In this document: positions 29,437-38,611 of the stretch, one piece after another | Position numbering within the stretch: position 1 is the first letter of the stretch | Layout: every line of letters starts with the position of its first letter | IMG/VR virus record: IMGVR_UViG_3300017913_001710 | Span: 1,219-65,218 of that record | DNA: 64,000 nucleotides | From: a virus | Lineage: Duplodnaviria; Caudoviricetes | Strand: one strand, 5' to 3' | The notes under the pieces: generated by a model | The model's database searches: none | Seen by the model: only the letters and a program-made list of their open reading frames with translations | What the model was told of the DNA's origin: nothing | Made by a program: the position numbers and the translations under genes

Positions 29437-30293
29437 TGGCAACACTAGAATCATATTACAACGACAGTTCCGAGTGGGGTAACTATCAGTACATCCTAAT
29501 GAAGGATGTCATAAATAATTTCATGGCATTTTATGTAGGAGATGGAAAAGTACTTGATAGCGTATCACGTTATGATGTAATCTTTCATGCAAAGCGTGGT
29601 CTTCAAGAGCTGCATTATGACGCATTAAGAGATATTATTGCATTAGAGCTAGATGTTCCTGATGATTTACAACTTGAACTACCACGGGACTTTGTAAGGC
29701 TAATACGTCTATCGTGGGTAGATAAGCAAGGAAGACAGCATGATATTCTTAATGACCATAAGTCTTCTATGCCAACAGCTTACCTACAAGATGACGATGC
29801 TAATATCATCTTTGACGATGATGGCAATCCCACTACAGGCACGTCAACTGTTGATGCAAATAGGTCTAACGTGAATCACAATGATGAGGTTGACGAATAC
29901 ACCAGCTTAGCAGATGAGTTTTTTGGTGGTCGCTTTGGTATGCAAACCAACAATGCTAACGTTAACGGTACTTACAACATAGACAAGAATCTTGGTATTA
30001 TCAGGTTTAGTTCTAACATCAAGGCGGAGACTGTTGTTATTGAATACATATCGGACGGACTTGAAAGCAAAGAAGAGTCAGAAATCCGAGTTAACAAACA
30101 AGTAGAAGATTTCCTATATAAATACATTGCCCATCAGATTATATCGCATAAATTTGGTGTACAAGAATACATTGTTAGAAGACTCAAGAATGATGCGTTT
30201 GCTGCATACAAGAATATGAAGATAAGAATGATGGAGATTCATCCAAACGATCTTGTGCAGGCATTGAAGGGTAGAAACAAGTGGATTAAGTAA
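29436..30293 (+). CDS. Tail ring/structural protein
   Basis: YQY..MKDVINNFM..YVG...HAKRGLQELHYD...IEYISDGL; TAATG coupling. Confidence 0.6.
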   Translation: MATLESYYNDSSEWGNYQYILMKDVINNFMAFYVGDGKVLDSVSRYDVIFHAKRGLQELHYDALRDIIALELDVPDDLQLELPRDFVRLIRLSWVDKQGRQHDILNDHKSSMPTAYLQDDDANIIFDDDGNPTTGTSTVDANRSNVNHNDEVDEYTSLADEFFGGRFGMQTNNANVNGTYNIDKNLGIIRFSSNIKAETVVIEYISDGLESKEESEIRVNKQVEDFLYKYIAHQIISHKFGVQEYIVRRLKNDAFAAYKNMKIRMMEIHPNDLVQALKGRNKWIK

Positions 30294-33200
30294 TGAAAGT
30301 TAAAAATGTTTTCGTTCAAGGGAAGATGAACAAGGATCTTGATGAGAGACTTGTACCCAAAGGACAGTATACAGACGCACAAAATGTACGCATATCAAAC
30401 TCAAACGGGTCTGATGTGGGTGCTGTTGAGAATGCTTTGTCTAATGAAGTGCTAACCAGTTTAAACTTCGGAGACACTCCAAGATGTATCGGCTCCTGTA
30501 CTAATTCCTCTGATCGTAAAATATACTGGTTTGTCGTCAGTAATGATGGGTCTTATATAGCTGAGTATGATGAAAAGAATGACGCAGCTACAATGATCCT
30601 GAAGGATGAACGACCAGGAACGTCAAACGTACTACAGTTTACGCCAGGTGATCTTATAGACTGCGATGTCCTTGTGGATGACGACAACGATAAGGTGTAT
30701 ATATATTTTACAAACGGAATATCTGCACCTAAAAAGATAGAGGTAGGTCATGCCAAGACACTTACAGCTTCAGAGTTTACTTTTGACGATGTTTCTGTTA
30801 TTGTTAAACCACCTATCAATCCACCAACCATAGCGCCAAAGACAACAGCAAACGACCTTGAGAAGAAAAATAACCTCAAGGAGAAGTTTGTAATGTTTGC
30901 CTATAGATATAAGTATCGTGACGATCAGTTTAGTGCTATATCTCCATTCAGCAACGTAGCGTTTCTTCCAGACTCGTATAAGTTCAACTTTGAGGATCAT
31001 GTGTTAGAATGCATGGTTAACATATACGATCAAGTAGATATCACATTCAATACGGGTGGAGTTAATGTGAAAGAAGTTGATGTTCTGTTTAAAGAATCAG
31101 GACAAAACACAATATACCTAGCTAAGAGTTTTAATAAGGAGGATGAATCTTTTGAGGATGATGAAGAGCAAACCTACACTTTTTCTAACAATCAGATATA
31201 CAAGGTGTTGTCTGAAAAGGAAATGTTTAGGCTGTATGACAATGTCCCTCTAACGGCAAAGACACAAGAGATAATTAATAACAGACTGGTGTATGGAAAC
31301 TACACCGAGAACTATGATCTTATCGATGCTGATGGTGATCAGGTGATTCCCGACTTAACTCTTACTTACAATCAAACTGTAAAGCAACAGAATGAAGCTT
31401 ACTCTTCTGTAAAAAGTAATAGAGATTATGAGATAGGCATAGTGTATCTAGACGAGCACGGTAGATCAACGACTGTGCTTAGTGGTGGTGATAACTCTAC
31501 ATACGTGAAGCCATATGCGTCTATTACGCAGAACGATCTATACGTTATGGTGAAACACCGTGCTCCTAAGTGGGCTAAGTTTTACCGTTTCTTTATTAAA
31601 GAAAGCGCAACAGATTACGATAACATATGCTCTAGTACCTTTCATGTTGATGCTGATGAAAAAGACATATATGTAAAGCTTGGAGGTGATGATATAAACA
31701 AAGTCAAAGAAGGAGATTTTGTAACCATGAAACGTGGTACGGATGGTGTATTAAGAGTGACGGAAGATCTCAACATTAAAGAGATAGAGAAAAAAGACAG
31801 AAACTTCCTTGACTATGATGACAGTGCCACAGACACGGAGCAAGAGCCTGGTTTGTACATGTCCCTAAAGCAACGAGGTTCCTTCCTTGTCCAAGACGAC
31901 AGTTTCGTTGAGTATAACTTAAAAGAAAATGTCACTGCTGATGGTGGTAAAGATGATCAATTCACGAACACTAGCGGTGTCAATTTAACTGAAGGACCTT
32001 TTTACTACGGATTTGACGAGGATTCAGATGATTGTAATCTCGTAAGTACAACATATCCACCAGACGGAGATTTCAGTGATCATTACAGAGTAGAAATAGA
32101 GATATCTACAAAAGGAACCACTGCTGATAAATTTAGAAAGAGAATTAAAGGCAGAGGTGAGGATGGTTACAATAATGAATGGAGTGATTGGTCTGATGAG
32201 ATCGATTGCAGCACATCCAATATAGACATAGGAATACACACAGACAACAGTAATAGTGGTACTTTACAAAAAATAGTCGTTAACTTTGATTCAGCTACTG
32301 GACACAGTGTAGGGGATAGATGGACGTTTAACTTTAAGCCAGCAGGTCAATGGATCGAAGGCGACTCAGCTCAGCCAGAAGATAGAGCTTACACTTGTAT
32401 AGAGTTTGAAAGTGGTGATGCCGAAAAAATACACGCTGGTTCATTTGCTAATATTACTGTTACATCATCCGAAGGTTCAGAAAGCTTCACAGCAGAATCA
32501 GACACTGTATACGCATCACGTGATTACGAAAACTTTGAGGAGTTTTATTATGAAGAAAGAATATATGAACAGTTAGCAAAAACAAAAGCCTTTAATGAGG
32601 AGATGATATCTTTCAGGAGAGGAACGCAGCAAGCTAACAAGCCTGACTCACACAAAACCTTTACGTCTAGCACTTCAGATCCATTGATCTTAGTTTTTGA
32701 AAGTCCATACTATTACAACAACTGGTTCAACAGGAATTTTGAGAAAGTAAAAGGTACTGTAGCCATAGAGTTAAACGTAACCGAAGGGCAGAGCCATACG
32801 TTTTTAGCTGAAACAAAATCTAAGATTAAAAACAGTGATGTATATTACGAGATAGGAAAGACTTATGAGTTGTCAAATATAGGGTACCATAAAGGCGATC
32901 CAAACAGTAATGACATTGATCAGGCTTTTGATACTAACGCATTCATAAAGTTAGACTTCTTTAACTGCTTTGCTTGGGCTAATGGTCACGAATCTATAAA
33001 GATCAAAGACTCCTTCTTTGGGACGAAGTATACATATGACACAAGACCATTGACTAGTATAGAGAAGTATCAAGAGAATGAAAGAAGATCTTCGTTAACA
33101 TACTCAAACGTATACGATCAGACTACGAACTATAATGGACTGAACGAGTTTAACTTATCTACTGTCAATTATAAAGACTTAGATGACGCAGATGGCGACA

Positions 33201-34312
33201 TTCAAAACATAATGTCAAGAGACACTAACCTAGTTGTGTTTCAAGAGAACAAAATATCTCAGATATTATACAATAAAAACGTGTTATTTAGCGCAACTGG
33301 CGCTGGTGATGTAGCCCAGACCACAGAGATACTTGGTCAACAAATACCTTTTCTAGGTGAGTACGGTGTAACAACTTCTCCTCATACAGTAACAAGATGG
33401 GGTGGTAGAATATATGCTGCTGATCCTAGACGAGGATGTGTTTTAAGGATATCACAAGATGGTATTACTGAAATATCACAGTATGGTATGCGTGATTGGT
33501 TCAGAGACAACATGAGCCCTACTAATGGCAACTATCTAATAGGCGGCTATGATCCAATAAACGGGCAGTATGTACTATCTATACAGAACCCTGTAGAAGA
33601 GTGGAGGGAAGACTCTACTTCATGTGAGCTGTTTACATGGAAGGTTGACACATATGATTGTGAAGACTTACCATTTGAGTGTAGCGATGCTGGATTTACT
33701 ATGTCCGACGGGATAACAGGATCATCTACTAGTGGTCAAGGTAGTGTAACAGCAGGAACGATTACATCTATATCACCATCTACATATACAACAGGTTCAG
33801 CTACCTATACTGCAACCATTACAATACCAGATGGTTGGTCTAACAGTGGTGAGTCTATTGAGTGTACAGCAACAGCTACTGGATCTGCAACAACAACAAG
33901 CACCTCTACAAGTACATCAACAACATCTGCACCGACTACATCGACAACATCTGCACCGACTACATCTACCAGCACATCAACGAGTACTTCTACCAGCACA
34001 TCAACGAGTACTTCTACTAGCACATCAACGTCTTCAACGAGTACGTCAACGAGTACGTCAACTAGCACTTCAACAAGTACGTCTACAAGTACTTCAACAA
34101 GTACAAGTACAACGGCAGCGCCAGTGTGTTACGATTACGAAGTATCTGCAGACGGAGGGGAAACTGTTACGTTCTACTACGAAAGATGTAACACAGGTGC
34201 TACGCAGTCGGTTACAGTGCCTAACGGTGATAGTGCTCAGATATGTGCGAGACAAGGTAGTGTGTATGGGGCGCCAAATAGTGGAACAATAACAGCACTA
34301 GGTCTTTGTTAA
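30293..34312 (+). CDS. Tail stabilisation/muzzle protein (N-terminal part) extended by a beta domain, (TS)n stalk and 4-Cys tip
   Basis: GKMNKDLDERLVP.GQY.DAQN start; D.DGDIQ...LVVFQENKI...GEYG...GGYDP pattern of crAss/P22-gp10-like nozzle proteins; TS tract 33890-34114. Confidence 0.7.
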   Translation: MKVKNVFVQGKMNKDLDERLVPKGQYTDAQNVRISNSNGSDVGAVENALSNEVLTSLNFGDTPRCIGSCTNSSDRKIYWFVVSNDGSYIAEYDEKNDAATMILKDERPGTSNVLQFTPGDLIDCDVLVDDDNDKVYIYFTNGISAPKKIEVGHAKTLTASEFTFDDVSVIVKPPINPPTIAPKTTANDLEKKNNLKEKFVMFAYRYKYRDDQFSAISPFSNVAFLPDSYKFNFEDHVLECMVNIYDQVDITFNTGGVNVKEVDVLFKESGQNTIYLAKSFNKEDESFEDDEEQTYTFSNNQIYKVLSEKEMFRLYDNVPLTAKTQEIINNRLVYGNYTENYDLIDADGDQVIPDLTLTYNQTVKQQNEAYSSVKSNRDYEIGIVYLDEHGRSTTVLSGGDNSTYVKPYASITQNDLYVMVKHRAPKWAKFYRFFIKESATDYDNICSSTFHVDADEKDIYVKLGGDDINKVKEGDFVTMKRGTDGVLRVTEDLNIKEIEKKDRNFLDYDDSATDTEQEPGLYMSLKQRGSFLVQDDSFVEYNLKENVTADGGKDDQFTNTSGVNLTEGPFYYGFDEDSDDCNLVSTTYPPDGDFSDHYRVEIEISTKGTTADKFRKRIKGRGEDGYNNEWSDWSDEIDCSTSNIDIGIHTDNSNSGTLQKIVVNFDSATGHSVGDRWTFNFKPAGQWIEGDSAQPEDRAYTCIEFESGDAEKIHAGSFANITVTSSEGSESFTAESDTVYASRDYENFEEFYYEERIYEQLAKTKAFNEEMISFRRGTQQANKPDSHKTFTSSTSDPLILVFESPYYYNNWFNRNFEKVKGTVAIELNVTEGQSHTFLAETKSKIKNSDVYYEIGKTYELSNIGYHKGDPNSNDIDQAFDTNAFIKLDFFNCFAWANGHESIKIKDSFFGTKYTYDTRPLTSIEKYQENERRSSLTYSNVYDQTTNYNGLNEFNLSTVNYKDLDDADGDIQNIMSRDTNLVVFQENKISQILYNKNVLFSATGAGDVAQTTEILGQQIPFLGEYGVTTSPHTVTRWGGRIYAADPRRGCVLRISQDGITEISQYGMRDWFRDNMSPTNGNYLIGGYDPINGQYVLSIQNPVEEWREDSTSCELFTWKVDTYDCEDLPFECSDAGFTMSDGITGSSTSGQGSVTAGTITSISPSTYTTGSATYTATITIPDGWSNSGESIECTATATGSATTTSTSTSTSTTSAPTTSTTSAPTTSTSTSTSTSTSTSTSTSTSTSTSSTSTSTSTSTSTSTSTSTSTSTSTSTTAAPVCYDYEVSADGGETVTFYYERCNTGATQSVTVPNGDSAQICARQGSVYGAPNSGTITALGLC
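33890..34114 (+). repeat. Thr/Ser mucin-like tract (75 codons) including 24-bp tandem units
   Basis: TCTACCAGCACATCAACGAGTACT occurs twice at about 33965-34012; ACAACATCTGCACCGACTACATC also occurs twice. Confidence 0.9.
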
Positions 34313-34356
34313 AATATTTAGATAAAGCCTTATATATTAAGTTAAATAAAGTATAA

Positions 34357-35256
34357 ATGAAATACATTTGCGCACAGCCAGCAAACCAATATTTTGGATG
34401 GCAACTAGATGTGATGCTTCACAGCTTCATAACGACTGGGGTAAAGCCTAGTGAGATAGATGTTATATCTTCTACTATAGAAGGCATAGACGATTACTTC
34501 ACTACTCTTATGCAGAAATATACGGGTGTTAACTTTTCCTTCTATGAAGACACTAGGGAGTTTAAAGGATACATACCATCCATAAAGCAACACTTACTAG
34601 CTAAGCACTTAAGAGCAAACCCAGAGCTACAACACTGTCCAATAATGCTACATGATGCTGATATTGCACTAACAAGACCAATCAAGCTAGACAACCTCCT
34701 AAAAGATAACATATGGTATTTTAGCGACACTATATCATACCTGAATCATAGCTACATATTATCTAAAGGAAGAGACGTATTAGAGAAGATGCTTGAGATT
34801 GCTGAAATATCAGAGGACATAGTGAGGTCAAACAACAATAACGCAGGGGGTGCACAATACCTAATGAAGAACGTTACCCCAGAGTTAATGGATGAGGTTG
34901 TGGAAATGTCTCATAAGTTATGGATAGAGATGAGTGCGGTAAATGAAGCTAAAGATTATGGCGATGATTACCCGTTACAGATATGGACAGCGGAGATGTG
35001 GGCAATGCTTTGGGTGCCTTGGAAGAAGGGGATAATGACAGCAGTTGCAAAGGACCTAGACTTTTGCTGGGCTACTGATCCTAAAGAGAAGTGGCATAGC
35101 GTGTCTATATATCACAACGCAGGGGTGACTGAGCCGTCTGATATAATGTTTCACAAGGGAACATATATTCATCAAATGCCAGACCTTAATCTAAACCTCA
35201 AGGCAGAGCGTTGCTCTTACCACTACTACAACCTTCTTAAAAGTGCACTAGGTTAA
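34357..35256 (+). CDS. GT-A glycosyltransferase resembling plant peptidyl-Ser O-galactosyl/Hyp O-arabinosyltransferases (GT96/GT95)
   Basis: NQYFGWQLDVMLHSF, YIPSIK, IMLHDAD (DxD) and WTAEMWAM correspond in order to recalled SERGT1/HPAT motifs (NYFDWQ..GLMHSF, YP.INKP, ILDAD, WI.EMYGY). Confidence 0.65.
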   Translation: MKYICAQPANQYFGWQLDVMLHSFITTGVKPSEIDVISSTIEGIDDYFTTLMQKYTGVNFSFYEDTREFKGYIPSIKQHLLAKHLRANPELQHCPIMLHDADIALTRPIKLDNLLKDNIWYFSDTISYLNHSYILSKGRDVLEKMLEIAEISEDIVRSNNNNAGGAQYLMKNVTPELMDEVVEMSHKLWIEMSAVNEAKDYGDDYPLQIWTAEMWAMLWVPWKKGIMTAVAKDLDFCWATDPKEKWHSVSIYHNAGVTEPSDIMFHKGTYIHQMPDLNLNLKAERCSYHYYNLLKSALG

Positions 35257-35262
35257 ATTTAG

Positions 35263-35270
35263 TATCTTTG
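35263..35270 (+). promoter_or_regulatory. Bacteroidota-type -7 element (TATCTTTG)
   Basis: TAnnTTTG 14 nt before ORF 35285. Confidence 0.55.
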
Positions 35271-35284
35271 CACAAAGATGTTTC

Positions 35285-37033
35285 ATGCTTAGAACAGGAG
35301 TAAAAATCATAACGACTTTACGTAAATACGTTAATGGTGTCAAGACAGACGAGACCAAAACTAACGTGGTTACAGATCAAGACTACATAAAGAAGTATTA
35401 TGATACGTCTCAATGTAAGGTCAGGGAAGAAGATGAAGATGACACCACAACGGCTGCTCCTGAGTCAACAACAACAACTGCACCTTCAACGACATCTACA
35501 ACTACTGTAAATGAAGGGCTGTGTAGTGCAACCGCTGATGGCTTCGTTGCGGCAGGTACATCTCAGTGGAACATATCATTTACTACTGATTTATTCCCAA
35601 GCGCTGGAGATGTCATAACATTCACAAGTGGAAACTTTGTTGTCATATACGAAGCAGAAGAGGTGAGTCAAGGAAACTGGACTATTACTACAGATCCAAT
35701 GCCTGAAACTATAACCGACAACACTTCATTTAATATAGATTGTAGTAACGAAGTGACACCGCCAACTACAAGTACTTCCACTAGCACATCAACAAGCACC
35801 TCCACTAGCACATCAACGAGTACCTCCACCTCAACAACATCATCACCTACACCTACTACGTCAACCAGCACAAGTACTTCAACGACTAATGCTCCTACAA
35901 CAACGACAACGACTAATGCTCCTACAACAACGACAACTACAGAAGCACCATGCGTAGTGGGAGATGAGATATCTTCGAGTACTAATATGATAGGCAACCT
36001 GGAACAGGTAGATGTTAATAACTCTCACCCTACGGCAGATCCTGGTGTGGCATTAGGTACTGGTTTAGGATTGAATATTGGATCATTCGTAAACACAAAC
36101 AAAAGCTTCGCTTCATCTTCATCATTAGGAGAATATAACATTGCAACAGTTGTCATTACTAACTGGAGTCAAGCAGAAAATAATTCTGGTAGTGCATTTG
36201 ATTTTGAGTCATGGGTTGAAACAAATCTTTTGAATGGAGGAACACTTTCAAACAGTTATCAAAATATAGTTGACTTTGATGGTAATGAGGTGGATGTCAT
36301 ATTAGGTTACGGTGCAAGTGCATTTACTTCTTACTATATAAGAATCAAAGTGGGATCTGTTAGAATGCAGGGGTCTGGAGGAAGATATGATCACATGATT
36401 TTCGCTGCACGAGATGGATCTATGTTTACTTCTAGTGATTATGTCGATGGAGCAAACAATTACGTTACAGGACACAACAATACAGGAGACTTAAGGTTCT
36501 GGGAGTTGTGCACCAACGGAGGAAACTTCGATGCACCTTCTACAACTTCCACCAGTACATCGACCTCAACAAGTACCTCAACGACTTCAACGAGTACATC
36601 AACCAGTACCAGTACATCAACCAGTACCAGTACATCAACTAGTACTAGTACATCAACCAGTACTAGTACATCAACAAGTACAACAGCAGCTCCTGCAGCA
36701 TCTTGGAAGACTATAACGCTTTCAACTCAGTACTCGGTTACCACTAGCGAAACCCTCACTTCAACCCATGAAAATGATTATTGCCCTGGAGATTGGACTT
36801 CAGCTAACTATTCTGGAAACTACGCCTTCTACGGAACTGGAAACTTCCCTGCGGTTGGTGACACTATAGCATATACGTACAATGGTAATCCTATCAGTAA
36901 TGCCAACACTCAATCATCTCACATGGTGAGAAGAGTTTACAGCTCTACCGAAGGACAGGGACCAGTTGTATTGATAGAAAACGGTCAGGGAGTAAATGCA
37001 GGAGTTGTTTTAGATGTTCATTACTGTACATAA
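35285..37033 (+). CDS. Virion decoration protein with three Thr/Ser-rich linkers
   Basis: TS tracts at 35444-35506, 35765-35941 and 36539-36685 separate small Cys-flanked domains; N-terminus homologous to ORF 37043. Confidence 0.7.
   Translation: MLRTGVKIITTLRKYVNGVKTDETKTNVVTDQDYIKKYYDTSQCKVREEDEDDTTTAAPESTTTTAPSTTSTTTVNEGLCSATADGFVAAGTSQWNISFTTDLFPSAGDVITFTSGNFVVIYEAEEVSQGNWTITTDPMPETITDNTSFNIDCSNEVTPPTTSTSTSTSTSTSTSTSTSTSTSTTSSPTPTTSTSTSTSTTNAPTTTTTTNAPTTTTTTEAPCVVGDEISSSTNMIGNLEQVDVNNSHPTADPGVALGTGLGLNIGSFVNTNKSFASSSSLGEYNIATVVITNWSQAENNSGSAFDFESWVETNLLNGGTLSNSYQNIVDFDGNEVDVILGYGASAFTSYYIRIKVGSVRMQGSGGRYDHMIFAARDGSMFTSSDYVDGANNYVTGHNNTGDLRFWELCTNGGNFDAPSTTSTSTSTSTSTSTTSTSTSTSTSTSTSTSTSTSTSTSTSTSTSTSTTAAPAASWKTITLSTQYSVTTSETLTSTHENDYCPGDWTSANYSGNYAFYGTGNFPAVGDTIAYTYNGNPISNANTQSSHMVRRVYSSTEGQGPVVLIENGQGVNAGVVLDVHYCT
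35765..35941 (+). repeat. Thr/Ser tract with 27-bp tandem duplication
   Basis: AACGACTAATGCTCCTACAACAACGAC occurs twice at 35881-35934. Confidence 0.85.
36539..36685 (+). repeat. Thr/Ser tract
   Basis: (ST)n run with ACCAGTAC/ACATCAAC units. Confidence 0.85.
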
Positions 37034-37042
37034 AAAATAGAT

Positions 37043-37834
37043 ATGGCACAAAGCGGATATAAGAAGATATTGACAATTAGAAAGTATGTAGACAATGTAG
37101 CTACAGACTTCACTAAGACAAACGTTGTGGATACAGAGGATTATTTTAAGCCTCAGTATAACCTAGATGATTGTGCGTCCGATGATCCCCGTGCTATTAC
37201 AACTACAACTAGTACATCTACAAGTACATCTACAACAACATCAGCACAACAGGCTGTGGGGAACATTGCTGCTATAGCAATAACAGGAGGCAAGGTGACT
37301 GATCCAGCAAGTGCTTTACTTACTAGGTTGTCTACAAACGTAGTGTATGTGAAAGCAAAAGAAGTGGGAGCGACTATGTACACTCTTGTAGATTCAGGCA
37401 ACTATCCGAATGCGATTAGAAGAAATAAGCTTGTGATAGACAATAGTAGCATACAGAATCTATACATGCTACAGAAAAACATTTCAGGGTATATATACAG
37501 CGACACAGAGGGGATTATAAGAGACAACTCTATATTATCTACAAGTAGCACAATATCACCTACTGATCAAAACGCTAAAGGAAACTATTTGGTTAGTGCT
37601 GTCAGTCTTTTAGATCCAGGAGAGTATAATGCATCATTAAGCAAATATCTAGCAAGACATGCCCCTTATTTGACTTTATCTTGGGACTCATCTGAAGGTA
37701 GATTAAAGTTTAAGATAAATTATGTAGAGCTGTATTCTACTGGGTCCACTGTTCAAGGTGATGTTTTAGGTGGAGATCAGTCAACTAACGATAGCCTATT
37801 TGGAGGTGATGGTAAAGTAGAAGAAGTAGTATAA
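37043..37834 (+). CDS. Virion decoration protein with a short TS linker
   Basis: N-terminal G.K.I.T.RKYV...TKTNVV...DY...Y....C module, then TS tract 37199-37243. Confidence 0.65.
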   Translation: MAQSGYKKILTIRKYVDNVATDFTKTNVVDTEDYFKPQYNLDDCASDDPRAITTTTSTSTSTSTTTSAQQAVGNIAAIAITGGKVTDPASALLTRLSTNVVYVKAKEVGATMYTLVDSGNYPNAIRRNKLVIDNSSIQNLYMLQKNISGYIYSDTEGIIRDNSILSTSSTISPTDQNAKGNYLVSAVSLLDPGEYNASLSKYLARHAPYLTLSWDSSEGRLKFKINYVELYSTGSTVQGDVLGGDQSTNDSLFGGDGKVEEVV

Positions 37835-37835
37835 C

Positions 37836-38591
37836 ATGGCACAACACACACTAACATTTGATGAAAAAGTAAGCGGATGGACTTCGTTCCATACTTACTA
37901 CCCAGAGTACATGGTTGAAATGAACAATCAGTTCTACACTTTTAAAGATGGTCAATTATACAAACATAACGTAGACTCTGGAGATCGAAATACTTTCTAC
38001 GGTGAAGCTGGAAGTTCTAGCATAGAGTTTGTTGTAAACGATAGTCCATCTGATGTTAAGAACCTGAGAGCGTTATCTCTTGAGTCAAACAATAAGACTT
38101 GGAGTGCTACCATAGAGACCGACATAGAAAAAGGACACATAGACAAAAGCTCTTTTGAAAATAAAGAAGGTATAAACTATGCATACATAAGACGAAATGC
38201 AGACGCTGATGTAGACACCACTTTACTTTCTGTACAAGGAGTTGGTGTATTAGATGCTATATCGGAAAACGTACTAACGTTTGATAACGTGCCTGGAACC
38301 GTAAGTGTAAGTGATGGAATCCCTCAGATGGGTGATATTCTGTATTTCATTAATAATCTTGGAGAGCAGAAAAAGATTGGTAGAATCGAAAGTAAAACTA
38401 GCGTAAGTATTACAGTCGAGTCACAAGAAAACACCCCCTCACTCAATGACTTTTGTTTCGCTGTTAAGAACAGCATAGCTGAAAGCTTTAGTCTTAAAGG
38501 ATACTTTGCCAAAGTAAAGCTAACAAGTGAATCGACTGACCCATGCGAACTCTTCGCTGTCAACACCGAGCTTGATAAAAGCTTCCCTTAA
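37836..38591 (+). CDS. Tail stabilisation/muzzle protein, C-terminal part (separate gene)
   Basis: TLTFDEKVSGWTSFHTYYPEYM..MNNQFYTFKDGQLYKHN...LKGYFAKVKL...ELFAV resembles the C-terminal blades of tail tubular-B/muzzle proteins. Confidence 0.6.
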   Translation: MAQHTLTFDEKVSGWTSFHTYYPEYMVEMNNQFYTFKDGQLYKHNVDSGDRNTFYGEAGSSSIEFVVNDSPSDVKNLRALSLESNNKTWSATIETDIEKGHIDKSSFENKEGINYAYIRRNADADVDTTLLSVQGVGVLDAISENVLTFDNVPGTVSVSDGIPQMGDILYFINNLGEQKKIGRIESKTSVSITVESQENTPSLNDFCFAVKNSIAESFSLKGYFAKVKLTSESTDPCELFAVNTELDKSFP

Positions 38592-38598
38592 TATTTAG

Positions 38599-38606
38599 TA
38601 TATTTG
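38599..38606 (+). promoter_or_regulatory. Bacteroidota-type -7 element (TATATTTG)
   Basis: 5 nt before ATG 38612. Confidence 0.55.
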
Positions 38607-38611
38607 CAGTA

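Noticed and set aside
17843-36716. Alternative-frame ORFs over TS tracts (17843-18283, 33805-34068, 33831-34292, 35668-35997, 36531-36716)
   Set aside because: Low-complexity shadows of the repeats, which lack stop codons in other frames.
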